64,000 bases of DNA from Candidatus Marinacidobacterales bacterium (lineage in GTDB: Bacteria; Acidobacteriota; Vicinamibacteria; Marinacidobacterales; SMYC01). The notes below the pieces were generated by a model. It did no database searches. It was not told where the DNA came from and saw nothing but the letters and a program-made list of their open reading frames with translations. The first letter of the stretch is position 1. Each line of letters begins with the position of its first letter. The position numbers and the translations under genes are program-made. This document shows, in pieces, positions 1-9,963 of the stretch. The stretch lies in assembly GCA_965237685.1 (NCBI GenBank), contig CBDEGF010000003.1, positions 903,803-967,802 on the forward strand, in the 5' to 3' direction.

Positions 1-893
1 CCGAGGACGTTGCAGGTATCTCCCTGGCGCGTGATCCGGGCGATGACTGACTTCAACCGCATGCGCGTGATCGCGGTCTCTTTCCACTTCAGCTCGCCGC
101 CGATCATCTCTCCTCGCAAAGTGCGGTACCAGCGCGCCTGGAATTTTCCCAGGTAGGGATCCTGCTGGAGGTGGATGTTCACGAGCCACTTCACGTTGGG
201 CGCCCCATACCAGCCGGGCATGATGAGGCGAAGCGGAAAACCCTGGTGTACCGTGAGCGGAGCGCCGTTCATGGCGGTGGCCAGGAAGGGCTCCGGACTC
301 ATCGCCTGATCGACCGAGATGCTGCGACCGTACTGTTGCTCGACCTCATACGTGGACACTCGGAACTGTACCTCCTCCTTCCCGCGATCGGCGCCGAAGA
401 AAACGACCTCTCTGGCGTTGTCTTTGACACCGACTTCATTCAATACCTTGTGTAGCGGAACACCGGTCCAGCGAGCGTTCGAGGCGAGGCCCTGCATGGC
501 GCGGCGGCTGTTCCCCGAGCACTCGAACCCTGCGACCAGCTCGGTCTCGCCCAGACTGCGGATATCGTCGAGCGACATCTCTTTCGGACTGTTGACCAGT
601 CCCGTCACTTGGAGGCGAAAGGTTGCACCGTCGACGTGGGGGTGGCCGTAGTGCTGAGTCGTGAAGAATTTATCAGCGGGAGTGTACGGGCCGTCGATCT
701 CTCGAAGGTCGAGAAAGCGTCTCGTGGGATCGCGCACGGTTACCCAGCCCTCGGGGTAGTCGGTGAGCTCTACGAGCTCCTCGCCTCGAGCAAGGGCGGG
801 AAAGGCCCATTCCGGAATGCCCAAAGCGCCCAGTCCGGCCACTGTCGCCGCGCTCGTCCGAAGCATGTCCCGTCGCGTCAGGTCCTTTGTCAT
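1..893 (-). CDS. Molybdopterin-dependent oxidoreductase, sulfite-oxidase/YedY-like, TAT-exported (C-terminus lies beyond window start)
   Basis: Reverse-complement translation from ATG at 891-893 gives MTKDLTRRDMLRTSAATVAGLGALG (twin-arginine signal), then a Moco-oxidoreductase-like body; frame stays open to position 1. Absent from the ORF track only because it has no stop inside the window. Confidence 0.7.
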   Translation of the reverse strand, partial: MTKDLTRRDMLRTSAATVAGLGALGIPEWAFPALARGEELVELTDYPEGWVTVRDPTRRFLDLREIDGPYTPADKFFTTQHYGHPHVDGATFRLQVTGLVNSPKEMSLDDIRSLGETELVAGFECSGNSRRAMQGLASNARWTGVPLHKVLNEVGVKDNAREVVFFGADRGKEEVQFRVSTYEVEQQYGRSISVDQAMSPEPFLATAMNGAPLTVHQGFPLRLIMPGWYGAPNVKWLVNIHLQQDPYLGKFQARWYRTLRGEMIGGELKWKETAITRMRLKSVIARITRQGDTCNVL

Positions 894-1186
894 GTGTGCT
901 CTCCCTTCGCCTACTGGCCGGGTGCCGGCCAGGCTCTTCTTGAACACGAGTTCTTACCACGAGTGCGGCGGAAACGGTAACCAGGCCCTCCACAAGGCGT
1001 GCGTCTAGTGCCCTGTATCAGTGGTGTTGTCGAGCTCGGACCGCTTCAGTCGATCTCCTGCGCCAGCACCGCCAGAATCACGCGGATCCCCTCGACGAAG
1101 TGGCCCACCCGGATGTTCTCGTTCGGACTGTGTTGATTGTTGGGGAATCATAGTGGCCGTCATTCTACGAGCGATAGAAGGGTCGC

Positions 1187-2194
1187 TCAATTGCTCGACC
1201 CGCGTTGCCGCACCGTGTCGCCCCAGTTCGTGATCACGCGCAATTCGGTCGGCTGCGTATCGGTCACCATCAGGAACCGTTGGCCGTCCTTCGAGACGTC
1301 GTAGTCCGGCAGCCCCGTCGCATCGATCCCGTAGCGCCCCTCGAACAGCACGCGTGGAGCGCCAGACTCGAACGTCTCTCCCTGCGAAACATCGACCACG
1401 AGCATTTGTCGGCCGTTCCGGTAGAATAGCTCGGTGCCGTCTGCCGACCAGATGGGCTCGCGCCCGCCGCTCGTCGAAACCATCCACCGTTGGCCGGTAT
1501 CCGGGTAGCTCCGAACGTAGACTTCGTCCCGCCCCGACTCGTCCGAGACGTATGCGATTTTGCTTCCATTGGGCGAGGGATAAGGAGTTCGTTCGTTGGC
1601 GGGGGTCACGACAAACGGCTCCGCGACGCCGTCGCGTGACAAAACCCAGATGTCCCGGTTGGTGATGGGATCAATCTTGTAGAAGGTATAGAGGCGGCCA
1701 TCACGAGACCAGACCCCAGGGATGTTGGTCCTTCCTTCGTAGAGCGTCGAGATGTCGGCCGGGTTGTCCACCGCGATGCTCCGGAGTGGGAAGCCAGCGG
1801 AGCCGCCACCGGCGATGATCGTGAGGCCATCGGGTGTCCAAGCCGGAAAGTCCGCCGAGGCGAGGCGTGAGACGCCACCGCGATCGAGATCGAGGAGCCA
1901 TAGCTCCGCAATCCGGTTCCGTCGAACGCTCGCGACGACCCGGCGGTCGGTCGGGTCCAGGCGCGGGAAGCGGTAGGCCCTCGATTCCATCGGTAATGGG
2001 CTCGCGCGCCCGTCGCGGTCGACCCAGACCAGAGGACCCGCCGGTCCGAGAGCCGCATAGATCAGCGCGCCACTGTCGCTCACAGCGGCAAACGTCCTGG
2101 CGGAACTGCCCAAAACGTACGCCTCCTCCAACACCGGAAGACGCCTCAGCGAGGAGTAGACGATCGTGCCATCGTCACCCCAGTCGGCACCCAT
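1187..2194 (-). CDS. TolB-like WD40 beta-propeller protein; probable C-terminal half of a Ser/Thr kinase-propeller fusion, same frame as the upstream kinase across a single TGA
   Basis: 335-aa ORF with repeated propeller signatures (SPDG.., YSRDGR, WSADG); same frame as ORF 2210..3535, separated only by TGA at 2210-2212 plus 5 codons. Confidence 0.65.
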   Translation of the reverse strand: MGADWGDDGTIVYSSLRRLPVLEEAYVLGSSARTFAAVSDSGALIYAALGPAGPLVWVDRDGRASPLPMESRAYRFPRLDPTDRRVVASVRRNRIAELWLLDLDRGGVSRLASADFPAWTPDGLTIIAGGGSAGFPLRSIAVDNPADISTLYEGRTNIPGVWSRDGRLYTFYKIDPITNRDIWVLSRDGVAEPFVVTPANERTPYPSPNGSKIAYVSDESGRDEVYVRSYPDTGQRWMVSTSGGREPIWSADGTELFYRNGRQMLVVDVSQGETFESGAPRVLFEGRYGIDATGLPDYDVSKDGQRFLMVTDTQPTELRVITNWGDTVRQRGSSN

Positions 2195-2209
2195 CCGATC
2201 GCCGGCCCA

Positions 2210-3535
2210 TCACTTGATCCGAATCGGAGAGCCGCCTGCGGTCGAGGCTTTGTACAACCCATCGCGGCGGAAGAAGCCCACCCACTGGCCGTCCGGTGAA
2301 AAGAAAGCGTTGTTGGCTCCGTCCGAATCTGGGACCCGCCGCGGCTCGAAGGCGTTCAAGTTCCGCAGATACAAGTGGAGCGTCGTTCCTTCGCTCACCG
2401 TGTAGGCCAGCTGCGTCCCGTCGGGGGACAGGGCAAATGGAACCGAGCCGATGAGCCCTCCCACGAGCTGCTGGTTCGCTTCGAGCGGCACGAGCGCGTG
2501 CGTCAACGCTGCGCTACGTTCAGGCGCTTCCGTCAGAATCGCTTGCGCGGCGACCAGAGCCAGGCCGGCGACCAGCGCCCCCGCCAGAAAGGCGCCCAGG
2601 GCCCAGGGCCACCGCCCCACCGCGATCCGGGGTACGGAATGCGGAGCGACAGTGCCGCCCAGTGTCGCACCGCTCGGCGGCTCCGCGAGCCAGCGCAGTG
2701 CGTCGCTCAAATCGCCGGCGGACTGCCAGCGCCGCTCCCGATCTTTGGCAAGACACTTCTTTATCGTGCGCTCTAGACCCGGCGGCGTGAGGGGCTGCAG
2801 TTCGGCGATCGAGGCCGGGTCGGTATTCATGATGGCGCCGATCAGGCTCGCCTGGCTCTCGCCCACGAACGCCCGCCGTCCCGTCACCATCTCGTACATC
2901 AACGCTCCGAAGGCGAAGATGTCCGCTCTGGGATCCGCGTCCTTGCCCTCGAGCTGCTCCGGAGCCATGTACTGAATCGTGCCCAGAAGTGTTCCAACGC
3001 TCGTCAACGGCCTCTGTTGCGTCTGCTCTTCCGCCTCCTCCGACTTTTCCAGGCTCTCGTGCGTGAACTTGGCCAGGCCGAAGTCGAGCAGCTTGACGCC
3101 GGAGCTCGTCACCATCACGTTGCCGGGTTTCAGGTCACGATGCACCACACCCTGGCGGTGTGCTTTGTCGAGAGCGTCGGCGATCTCCGTGCCGTACACC
3201 AGGACCTGGTCGAGAGGAAGCGGCCCTTTCAACAGGCGCTCCGACAGCGTCTCCCCTTCGATGTGCTCCATCACGAGGAAATCGACCCCCTCCTCGTGAC
3301 CGATGTCATGGAGTACACAGATGTGAGGGTGGTTCAGGCTCGATATCGCCCGGGCTTCGCGCTCGAAGCGCTCACGCCGTTCGGGATTTTCAGCGAGCTG
3401 GGCTGGAAGGACTTTGATGGCGACGATGCGATCGAGGCGTGTGTCTTTGCCTTTGTAGACTTCTCCCATCCCGCCCGCACCGATGTGGGAGATGATTTCG
3501 TACGGACCCAGACGCTTTCCTGGACTGAGGGGCAT
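2210..3535 (-). CDS. Ser/Thr protein kinase, N-terminal catalytic domain, TM segment and start of beta-propeller
   Basis: MPLSPGKRLGPYEI...GAGGMGEVYKG...AIKVL...HRDLKPGNVMV...DFGLAKF kinase motifs; hydrophobic stretch WPWALGAFLAGALVAGLALVAA; C-terminus already shows SPDG propeller repeats; ends at TGA 2210-2212. Confidence 0.8.
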   Translation of the reverse strand: MPLSPGKRLGPYEIISHIGAGGMGEVYKGKDTRLDRIVAIKVLPAQLAENPERRERFEREARAISSLNHPHICVLHDIGHEEGVDFLVMEHIEGETLSERLLKGPLPLDQVLVYGTEIADALDKAHRQGVVHRDLKPGNVMVTSSGVKLLDFGLAKFTHESLEKSEEAEEQTQQRPLTSVGTLLGTIQYMAPEQLEGKDADPRADIFAFGALMYEMVTGRRAFVGESQASLIGAIMNTDPASIAELQPLTPPGLERTIKKCLAKDRERRWQSAGDLSDALRWLAEPPSGATLGGTVAPHSVPRIAVGRWPWALGAFLAGALVAGLALVAAQAILTEAPERSAALTHALVPLEANQQLVGGLIGSVPFALSPDGTQLAYTVSEGTTLHLYLRNLNAFEPRRVPDSDGANNAFFSPDGQWVGFFRRDGLYKASTAGGSPIRIK

Positions 3536-3670
3536 GAGCTCTTCTCGATGATGCAATCTAACGGGCAAGGCGCTGAAGATCAAACAGATAGAACTCTCGT
3601 GTCGTGAAGGTCAACTCGTGTCTACGGTTTGATCTAGAATCAGGTCTTCCAAGCGGGTCAGGAGGTCAAC

Positions 3671-6184
3671 ATGAGCCCTCATCGGATTCTCCTCTTCGTG
3701 GTCGCTGCCCTTTGTGCCAGCACCGGCGCGACCCACGTCGTGCAATTGCCGGCCGCCTACCAGGGACTTCTCAGTCGCGCCGGTGGCATGTACATGGAGG
3801 GCTTGTACCTGCCGCCCGTCACAACGGGGCCCTGGGCTCCCGCCTGGTCGCCCGACGGCCGGGAGATCGCCGTCGCCATGCACGGCAGCTTGTGGCGCGT
3901 ACCGGTCGAGGGAGGAGAGGCGATCCAGATCACGGCCGGTGCCCACTACGACTCCGAGCCGAGCTGGTCGCCCGACGGGCGTCAGATTGCCTTTACTCGA
4001 GACTCGGGTCAGGTGATCGATATTTGGGTGGTGAACGCCGACGGCAGCGAGCCGCGTCAGCTGACGAAGAGCGAGGCCTTTAGCCTGAATCCCGAGTGGT
4101 CGCCAGATGGCGACACGATTCTGTACGTCACGATGGAGGAAGAGCGTCGGCTGAGCCTGTTTACAATCTCGACGCGGGGCGGCGAGGCCTCGCCGCTTCT
4201 TTCGGACCAGTATCAGAACATCACTCCGAGCTGGTCGCCCGACGGCAAAGAGATCGTCTTCGTCAGCAATCGACCCTGGAACGGCAGACGCATCCAGGGA
4301 ACGGGCGGCGTCTGGACGTACCGTATCGGTGACGAGGAGCCCACCATTCTCGTGCCGGAGGAGACCGTCTGGCATGCCTATCCCACCTGGTCACCCGACG
4401 GCACCAAGATCGCCTACGGGTCCTTTCGGACCGGCGACAACCAGCTGTTCGTGCTCTCGGCGAGTGCCGGCAATCCCTATCGGGTCACTTACGTCGACGG
4501 TGAGATCTACGTCCCCGCCTGGTCGCCCGACGGCAAGAGCCTGGCCTACATCTCGAATGCCGGAAGCCAGTTCCGGCTCTTCACCGTCTCCGTCTACGGC
4601 GGAACACCCCGGCAAGTCGAGATCACCGCGCTGAAGCATCGCTATCCCGTGGGCCGTGTCGAGGTGGTGGTGCGAGACGCCGAGACGTCGAAGGAGACGC
4701 CGGCTCGCGTGTATGTGAAAGCGAGCGATGGTCGGGGGTACACGCCGCCTCGGGAGTTCCACCGGATGTGGACGGCCACCAACGACCACTTTTTCCACTC
4801 GGACGGAAGCTTCACCGTCGAGCTGCCCGAGGGACCGGCAACCGTCGAGGCGATGAAAGGCTTCGAGTACTGGCCGGTAACACAGGATGTGGACGTCGTC
4901 GCTGGCGAGACTCACAAGTTGGAGCTCACGCTCGAGCGGCTCATCGACCCGCCTGCGCTCGGCTGGTATTCGGGAGACAACCACATCCACATGAACTACG
5001 GCGGCCTCTTCGAGGCGACCCCGCAAACCATCATGCTCGAGGCGGAAGCGGAAGACCTGCACGTGATCAACGATCTCGTCGCGAACCAGGCCGGCGTCCG
5101 CATCCACGATCTGAAGTACTTCGAGGGGAAGCTCCACGAGCACTCGAAGCCCAATCGGCTCCTGTATTTCAACGAGGAGTATCGACCGAGCTTCGCCGGT
5201 CACATTTCTCTTCTGAATCTGAAGGAGTTCTTCTTCCCTCAGTTCGACGGGATGGTCGGGACCGCCCTCTCCGCCCACTACCCGAGCAACTCCCACGTTC
5301 TCGATGCAGTCCACGCCCAGGGCGGCGTGGGCGGCTACGTGCATCCTTACTACGGAGAGCCGTCGACACGCCAGTACTCCGGCGCGCGCGAGTTCCCGGT
5401 CAACGCCGCGCTTGGCAACGTCGACTACTTCGACGTCATGTGCATCTGGTCCGACGAGCTCCACAGCGAAAAGGTCTGGTACCGCAACCTCAACCTGGGA
5501 TTCCGGGTGCCTGCCTCCGCCGGCTCCGACGCGATGACGGACTACTGGCGCCACCCCACGGTGGGCTCGGTGCGGGTCTACGTCAAAACCGGCTCGCCGG
5601 TCGATTATGGAAACTGGATTCGGGGCCTCACCGAGGGGCGCTCCTTTGTCACCAGCGGACCCCTTCTCTTCTTGCGTGTGGAGGGCCGGGAGCCTGGGGC
5701 GGAGCTGCGCCTCCCCGGCGGCCGTGCTACCCGGGTACGTGTGGAGGCCGAAGCCACATCCATCCTGCCCATGGACACCCTCGAGATCATTCAGAACGGC
5801 GAGGTGGTTCACACCGTTCGGCCGACCGATCCGTATCACGCCGAGCTCGACATCTCTCTGCCTGTGGAGCGCACCGGGTGGCTGGCGGCACGGGTGGTTG
5901 GACCGGAAAAACAACACCTCCTGCTGGACTCGTACGTCTACGCCCACACCAACCCGGTGTACGTGAGCAAGGGAGGCGAACCGGCGACGTCTCCCGAGGA
6001 CGCCCAGTATTTCCTTACCTGGGTCGATACGGTTTTGGGGATGCTCGAGGCATCGGAGCGCTTCGACACCCCTGAGCAGAAGCGCGAAATCATGGAGGTC
6101 TGGCAACGCGCTCGCGACGTCTACGCCGGTCTGGCCAAAGAAACGGCAAGCACCGACGCGGGCGCGAGCAGCGTGCCGAGGTAA
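3671..6184 (+). CDS. Secreted TolB-like beta-propeller fused to CehA/McbA-type (PHP-like) metal-dependent hydrolase
   Basis: Signal peptide MSPHRILLFVVAALCAST; multiple WSPDG repeats in the first ~330 aa; C-terminal region with GWYSGDNHIHMNYGG and further His/Asp motifs typical of CehA/McbA PHP-like hydrolases. Confidence 0.7.
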   Translation: MSPHRILLFVVAALCASTGATHVVQLPAAYQGLLSRAGGMYMEGLYLPPVTTGPWAPAWSPDGREIAVAMHGSLWRVPVEGGEAIQITAGAHYDSEPSWSPDGRQIAFTRDSGQVIDIWVVNADGSEPRQLTKSEAFSLNPEWSPDGDTILYVTMEEERRLSLFTISTRGGEASPLLSDQYQNITPSWSPDGKEIVFVSNRPWNGRRIQGTGGVWTYRIGDEEPTILVPEETVWHAYPTWSPDGTKIAYGSFRTGDNQLFVLSASAGNPYRVTYVDGEIYVPAWSPDGKSLAYISNAGSQFRLFTVSVYGGTPRQVEITALKHRYPVGRVEVVVRDAETSKETPARVYVKASDGRGYTPPREFHRMWTATNDHFFHSDGSFTVELPEGPATVEAMKGFEYWPVTQDVDVVAGETHKLELTLERLIDPPALGWYSGDNHIHMNYGGLFEATPQTIMLEAEAEDLHVINDLVANQAGVRIHDLKYFEGKLHEHSKPNRLLYFNEEYRPSFAGHISLLNLKEFFFPQFDGMVGTALSAHYPSNSHVLDAVHAQGGVGGYVHPYYGEPSTRQYSGAREFPVNAALGNVDYFDVMCIWSDELHSEKVWYRNLNLGFRVPASAGSDAMTDYWRHPTVGSVRVYVKTGSPVDYGNWIRGLTEGRSFVTSGPLLFLRVEGREPGAELRLPGGRATRVRVEAEATSILPMDTLEIIQNGEVVHTVRPTDPYHAELDISLPVERTGWLAARVVGPEKQHLLLDSYVYAHTNPVYVSKGGEPATSPEDAQYFLTWVDTVLGMLEASERFDTPEQKREIMEVWQRARDVYAGLAKETASTDAGASSVPR

Positions 6185-6238
6185 ACGACCCTCGTGATCG
6201 TCTCTGCGGGGTAGAGTTGTCCCTGAAGGAGAGGGCCA

Positions 6239-8344
6239 ATGGCACCAAGGAAAGAGGCGCACCCGCTCGTGACTCGGGCCGAAGCCGTCCGCATGTCGAG
6301 TGCCGCTATCCAAGCGTTCGCCGACGAGATTCCCTCCGACGAGGGTCCGTTGGGAGAGCTGCTCGAAGAGTGCATCGAAGGCTACTTCGGCAGGGCCTTT
6401 ACTGTGACGGCTCTGGCCGGCTTGTACAAAGGGGTTCCGGTGGGCGCCGGTCACCTCGTTACGGGTGCCCGCATGCTCCCGCACCCCGGCTTCATTGGCA
6501 AGCTTTCGACGCACGTGGTCGGCGACGTAGTCGGAGCGCTCGTCGGAGCCGTCAGGGACGGGCGCATGTCCTGGGAGAAGGAGGCGGTGGCGCTCTATTT
6601 GGCCGCCTACTGGAGCCGCGAGCGTGGGCAGAGTGAGCACCGGAACGAGATCGTTCGCCAAACGCGCATGCTCGCGCGCTCTGCGTACGGCCGGGAGACG
6701 CAAGCTTTCATCGCCGGGGCGTCTGACTTGCTCGCGGACCCGGAGCTTTTCCGACTGATCGCTGGTCTGCCGGCGGGTGGCATGCTTCCGATGGTCAGCG
6801 CGTGGACCGAACCGTTTCTCGACTTCGTTCGCAGGCCGATCCTCTGGGGCTTGGAAGAGGAGGACGCGATCGGACCGCCCACCACGCGACGGCGCGCTGT
6901 CGATCGTGTCGGGCGCAACGAGCCGTGTCCCTGCGGAAGTGGCAAGAAGTACAAACGGTGCTGCTGGACCAAAGACCAGGAGCGGCTCCAGGACTCCTCG
7001 GATGTCGCCGGCGTGACGCGGGCGGAGCTTCGTCAAAACCTCGAAGAATATCTCACCCGCGACCGCGTTCTCTCGCTCAGAGCGCACGAGCTTGCACGAC
7101 TCGACGCGCGCCGCATCGACCCCGAGCTCTACGGGATCGTCTTGAACCAGCTCATCCACTTGGAGGAGTTCGACGCCGCTCGTGTTTTCTTCGAAGCCGT
7201 CGGGGCGGATTGCACCGAAGGCCATTTCGTAGATGCCGTCGATGCCGCCGTTCGTGCCGGAAAGCTCGACAAGGCCAGAGCCTTCCTGGGAATCGCACCG
7301 CTCCCAGACGAGGACTGGCTCGGTTTCTCGTTCCGCTTGCTCAAGGAAGGTATCGAGCAGGCTCCGACGCTCGATCTCCTCGAGGAAGAAGCGAGGAAAA
7401 TCGTCGACAAGGCCGCCGTCGACCTCGCCTGCGATTTACTTCACAGCAAATGGCCGTGTGTCGGTATTCTCGTTGCCCGAGGGGTGGCGCCAACTGCAAA
7501 TCTCTGGGACCGGAACACACTTCAAGAAGAGCTCGGCCAGGCACGCGACCGGTTGGACTTGCCGGCGCTGGATCCTACGGAGGGGATGCAGGACCTCTGG
7601 GGGTGGGGTGAGGAGTCGGAGTTTTACGACGACGTTCCCCTTCACCCCGAGCCGGCCCGCCAGCCGAAAGCAGCGGCCGGGGGTGACGACGACGCCCGGC
7701 AGATGCTCGGGAAGAAAGAGGCGGAGCTTGCAAGTCTTCGACAAGAGCTTTCCGACCTGCACCGCAAGCTCGACGAGCAAGCGAGCAGGAGCTCCGGGCC
7801 GGAGGCGAGCTTTTCGCCGTCGGCGGAGCCCGCCGCACCTGCCGATCCTCGCATCGCCGAGCTGAGAGAGCGAGTGAGTCGTCTCCGAGGCGAGCTTTCC
7901 CAGCGACACACGGAGCGAAACCAGCTGCGTCGACAACTGGAGCGTACTTTGAAACGCGTCGGTGCGCTGGAGGCGGAGCGCGAGAACGTCGAGAAGCCTC
8001 CCGAGATCGAAGCCGACGAGGACTCTGACGCTTCGCTGTTCGATGCTCCGATCACGTTATCGTTCCGCATTCCGGTGTTCACGAAACGGTTCCGTTCCAG
8101 CGCGGAAGCGGTTCCCGACCCTATACGACGCCGGGCCGTCGTGGTCACAAGCCGCATCGCCGCAGCGGACGAGAACGCTTTCCGAGGTACGCGACGCCTC
8201 AAAGCCGACCGCGACCTGTACCGGCAACGCATCGGAAGAGAGCATCGGCTCATTTTCCGGCTGCACGCAGACGAGCTCGAGGCGGTCGACCTCGTGGCAC
8301 GAAAGCAGCTCGAGCGAACGATCCGTGAGCTCTCTCGAAGCTAG
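6239..8344 (+). CDS. 701-aa multidomain protein: unknown N-terminal region, SEC-C metal-binding motif, coiled-coil segment, C-terminal RelE/ParE-like toxin-fold domain
   Basis: [16 protein letters not shown] matches the SEC-C motif. Heptad-like region [19 protein letters not shown]...[20 protein letters not shown]. Last ~95 aa ([12 protein letters not shown]...[40 protein letters not shown]) align to the RelE/ParE pattern (..dlYrlRiGdyRliyrv..e...v.vlrvghRk..). RBS gaaggagag upstream. Confidence 0.6.
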   Translation: MAPRKEAHPLVTRAEAVRMSSAAIQAFADEIPSDEGPLGELLEECIEGYFGRAFTVTALAGLYKGVPVGAGHLVTGARMLPHPGFIGKLSTHVVGDVVGALVGAVRDGRMSWEKEAVALYLAAYWSRERGQSEHRNEIVRQTRMLARSAYGRETQAFIAGASDLLADPELFRLIAGLPAGGMLPMVSAWTEPFLDFVRRPILWGLEEEDAIGPPTTRRRAVDRVGRNEPCPCGSGKKYKRCCWTKDQERLQDSSDVAGVTRAELRQNLEEYLTRDRVLSLRAHELARLDARRIDPELYGIVLNQLIHLEEFDAARVFFEAVGADCTEGHFVDAVDAAVRAGKLDKARAFLGIAPLPDEDWLGFSFRLLKEGIEQAPTLDLLEEEARKIVDKAAVDLACDLLHSKWPCVGILVARGVAPTANLWDRNTLQEELGQARDRLDLPALDPTEGMQDLWGWGEESEFYDDVPLHPEPARQPKAAAGGDDDARQMLGKKEAELASLRQELSDLHRKLDEQASRSSGPEASFSPSAEPAAPADPRIAELRERVSRLRGELSQRHTERNQLRRQLERTLKRVGALEAERENVEKPPEIEADEDSDASLFDAPITLSFRIPVFTKRFRSSAEAVPDPIRRRAVVVTSRIAAADENAFRGTRRLKADRDLYRQRIGREHRLIFRLHADELEAVDLVARKQLERTIRELSRS

Positions 8345-8545
8345 TGCTTGAACCCGCCGAGCCTGTCGGTGAAGTCCGACGCAATTTTTGGTGCTGACAA
8401 GGTGCTCCGACCCGCCTTCCGCAGCGAGCTGGTCGAGCGGAGGGCTAGGCCGAAGGCCGAACTGCCCTAATGCCGCAACGAAGCCAGTGCGCAAAAGGCC
8501 CCGAGACTTATGTGACGTACTACTGATACAGGGCACTAGCGAGAC
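8342..8545. repeat. ~200-bp structured intergenic repeat (MITE/REP-like) bounded by CTAGTGC...GCACTAG; one member of a 5-copy family in this window
   Basis: Begins ctagtgcttgaacccgcc, ends ctgatacagggcactag; near-identical copies or fragments at 1005-1040, 39590-39752, 41066-~41110 and 42100-42390. Confidence 0.75.
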
Positions 8546-8884
8546 CATTGCTCAAACGCGCGTTTGAGCTTCCGTCCGTGGCTCTGGGTCCGGACAGAGG
8601 ACCTGAGAAAAAACGCGTTTCCCCAGGGAGATGGGGATGGTTGGTCCGCACTTGTGTCAACTAGGGGGGGCGGGTCCGCGTGGTGCGGATTCACCCGGTA
8701 TCGTATCGGCGTTTCGTTGTTGCTCTTTGACTAGCTTTCTCACTAGTTCTTAAACGAATCGGGCTGCGTGTGCTCAATGCGCTCACGTCGGCGCGAGGTA
8801 TGCGTCCGGTGTCCCCATGACGCATTCGCCCCGGAATAGGGGGTTTATGGCACGGGAACTGCTAAGGGGTGGAGGCGGGAGTAG

Positions 8885-9963
8885 GCTGCCAGCGGTACGC
8901 GGAGAATAAGCCGGGAGCGTACGGCTACAGCCGTTATTGCGAGCTGTACGGTCAGTGGAAGAAGAAGCTGAACCCGACGATGCGTCAACGGCATCGAGCA
9001 GGCGAGAAGACATTCGTCGATTTTTCGGGGGAAGAAGCCTCACATCGTCGATCCGAAAACGGGAGAGCTCGTCGAAATGGAGCTGTTCGTCGGGACGTTG
9101 GGCGCGAGCAGTTACACCTACGTCGAAGCGACACTGAACCAGTCGCTGGAATCGTGGGCGAAGGCCCATAAGGGGATGTCGGATTACTTCGGTGGCAGTA
9201 CGGAGATCTGGGTTCCGGACAACTTGAAGAGCGGCGTGGATTTGGTGGACCGTTACGAGCCAGGGATCAACCGGACGTACGAAGAGCTGGCGACGCATTA
9301 CGGTGCGGTTGTGGTCCCGGCTCGGGTGTTCAAGCCGAAAGACAAAGCGAAGGTGGAGTCGGCAGTGCAGGTGGCGCAGCGCTGGATCCTGGCGGTGCTT
9401 CGTCATCGCACGTTCTTCAGCCTGGCGGAACTGAGGTGGAGAACAACTTGTACAGCGTTCCCTATCAGCTCATTCACGAGAAAGTCGAGGCACGGGTGAC
9501 GGCCTCGGTGGTGGAGGTCCTGTTCAAGGGAAAGCGCGTCGCGTCGCATCCCCGCAAGAAAGGAAAGGGGCACTACTCCACGAACCCGGAGCATATGCCA
9601 CGTTCGCATCGGGAGCACCTGGAGTGGACGCCGTCGCGGCTGCTCCACTGGGCGGAGCAGTCAGGTCGCGCCACGGGAAGGCTGGTTGCGGGGATTCTAG
9701 AGAGTCGGCCTCACCCGGAGCAGGGATTTCGCTCTTGCCTGGGAGTCATGCGACTAGGCAGCCGCTGGGGCAGTGAGCGTCTCGAGGCCGCTTGCGCACG
9801 AGCGGAAGCTTTGAGCTCTTACAGCTATCGCACGGTGAAAAACATTCTCTCGGCTGGTCTGGATCGTGTGGTGCTCGAATCGGACGCCGAAGCGAAACCG
9901 CGAGAGGAGCACGAGAACATCCGAGGCGCGGATCACTACGAAGGAGGAGAGTCCCGATGCTGA
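8885..9963 (+). pseudogene. istA: IS21 istA transposase remnant: N-terminus lost, frameshift at a G5 run, ~300-nt internal deletion
   Basis: Three ORF pieces (8869-9171, 9077-9499, 9436-9963). Frame change at ttttcggggg aagaagcc (DFSGEEAS.. versus expected ..GKKPHIVDPKTGELVEMELFVG). LAEL is joined directly to NNLYSVPYQL, skipping ~100 aa expected in IstA. Confidence 0.7.

Noticed and set aside
2210-2212. Selenocysteine (UGA recoding) joining the kinase and the propeller
   Set aside because: No SECIS-like hairpin immediately downstream, and a Trp/Arg-rich linker rather than a redox motif. A nonsense mutation, sequencing error or split gene is more parsimonious.
4391-7225. 944-aa minus-strand ORF, and similar very long ORFs (4768-6075 +, 17102-18781 -, 18694-19980 -, 20970-22268 -, 25566-26948 -, 27141-28832 -, 30676-33186 -, 33387-35027 -, 35468-36748 -, 43549-45036 -, 54934-56388 -, 58700-60259 +)
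   Set aside because: All lie antisense to, or in an alternative frame of, well-supported genes. Their translations are Arg/Gly/Pro-rich low-complexity, typical of stop-poor spurious ORFs in ~65% GC DNA.
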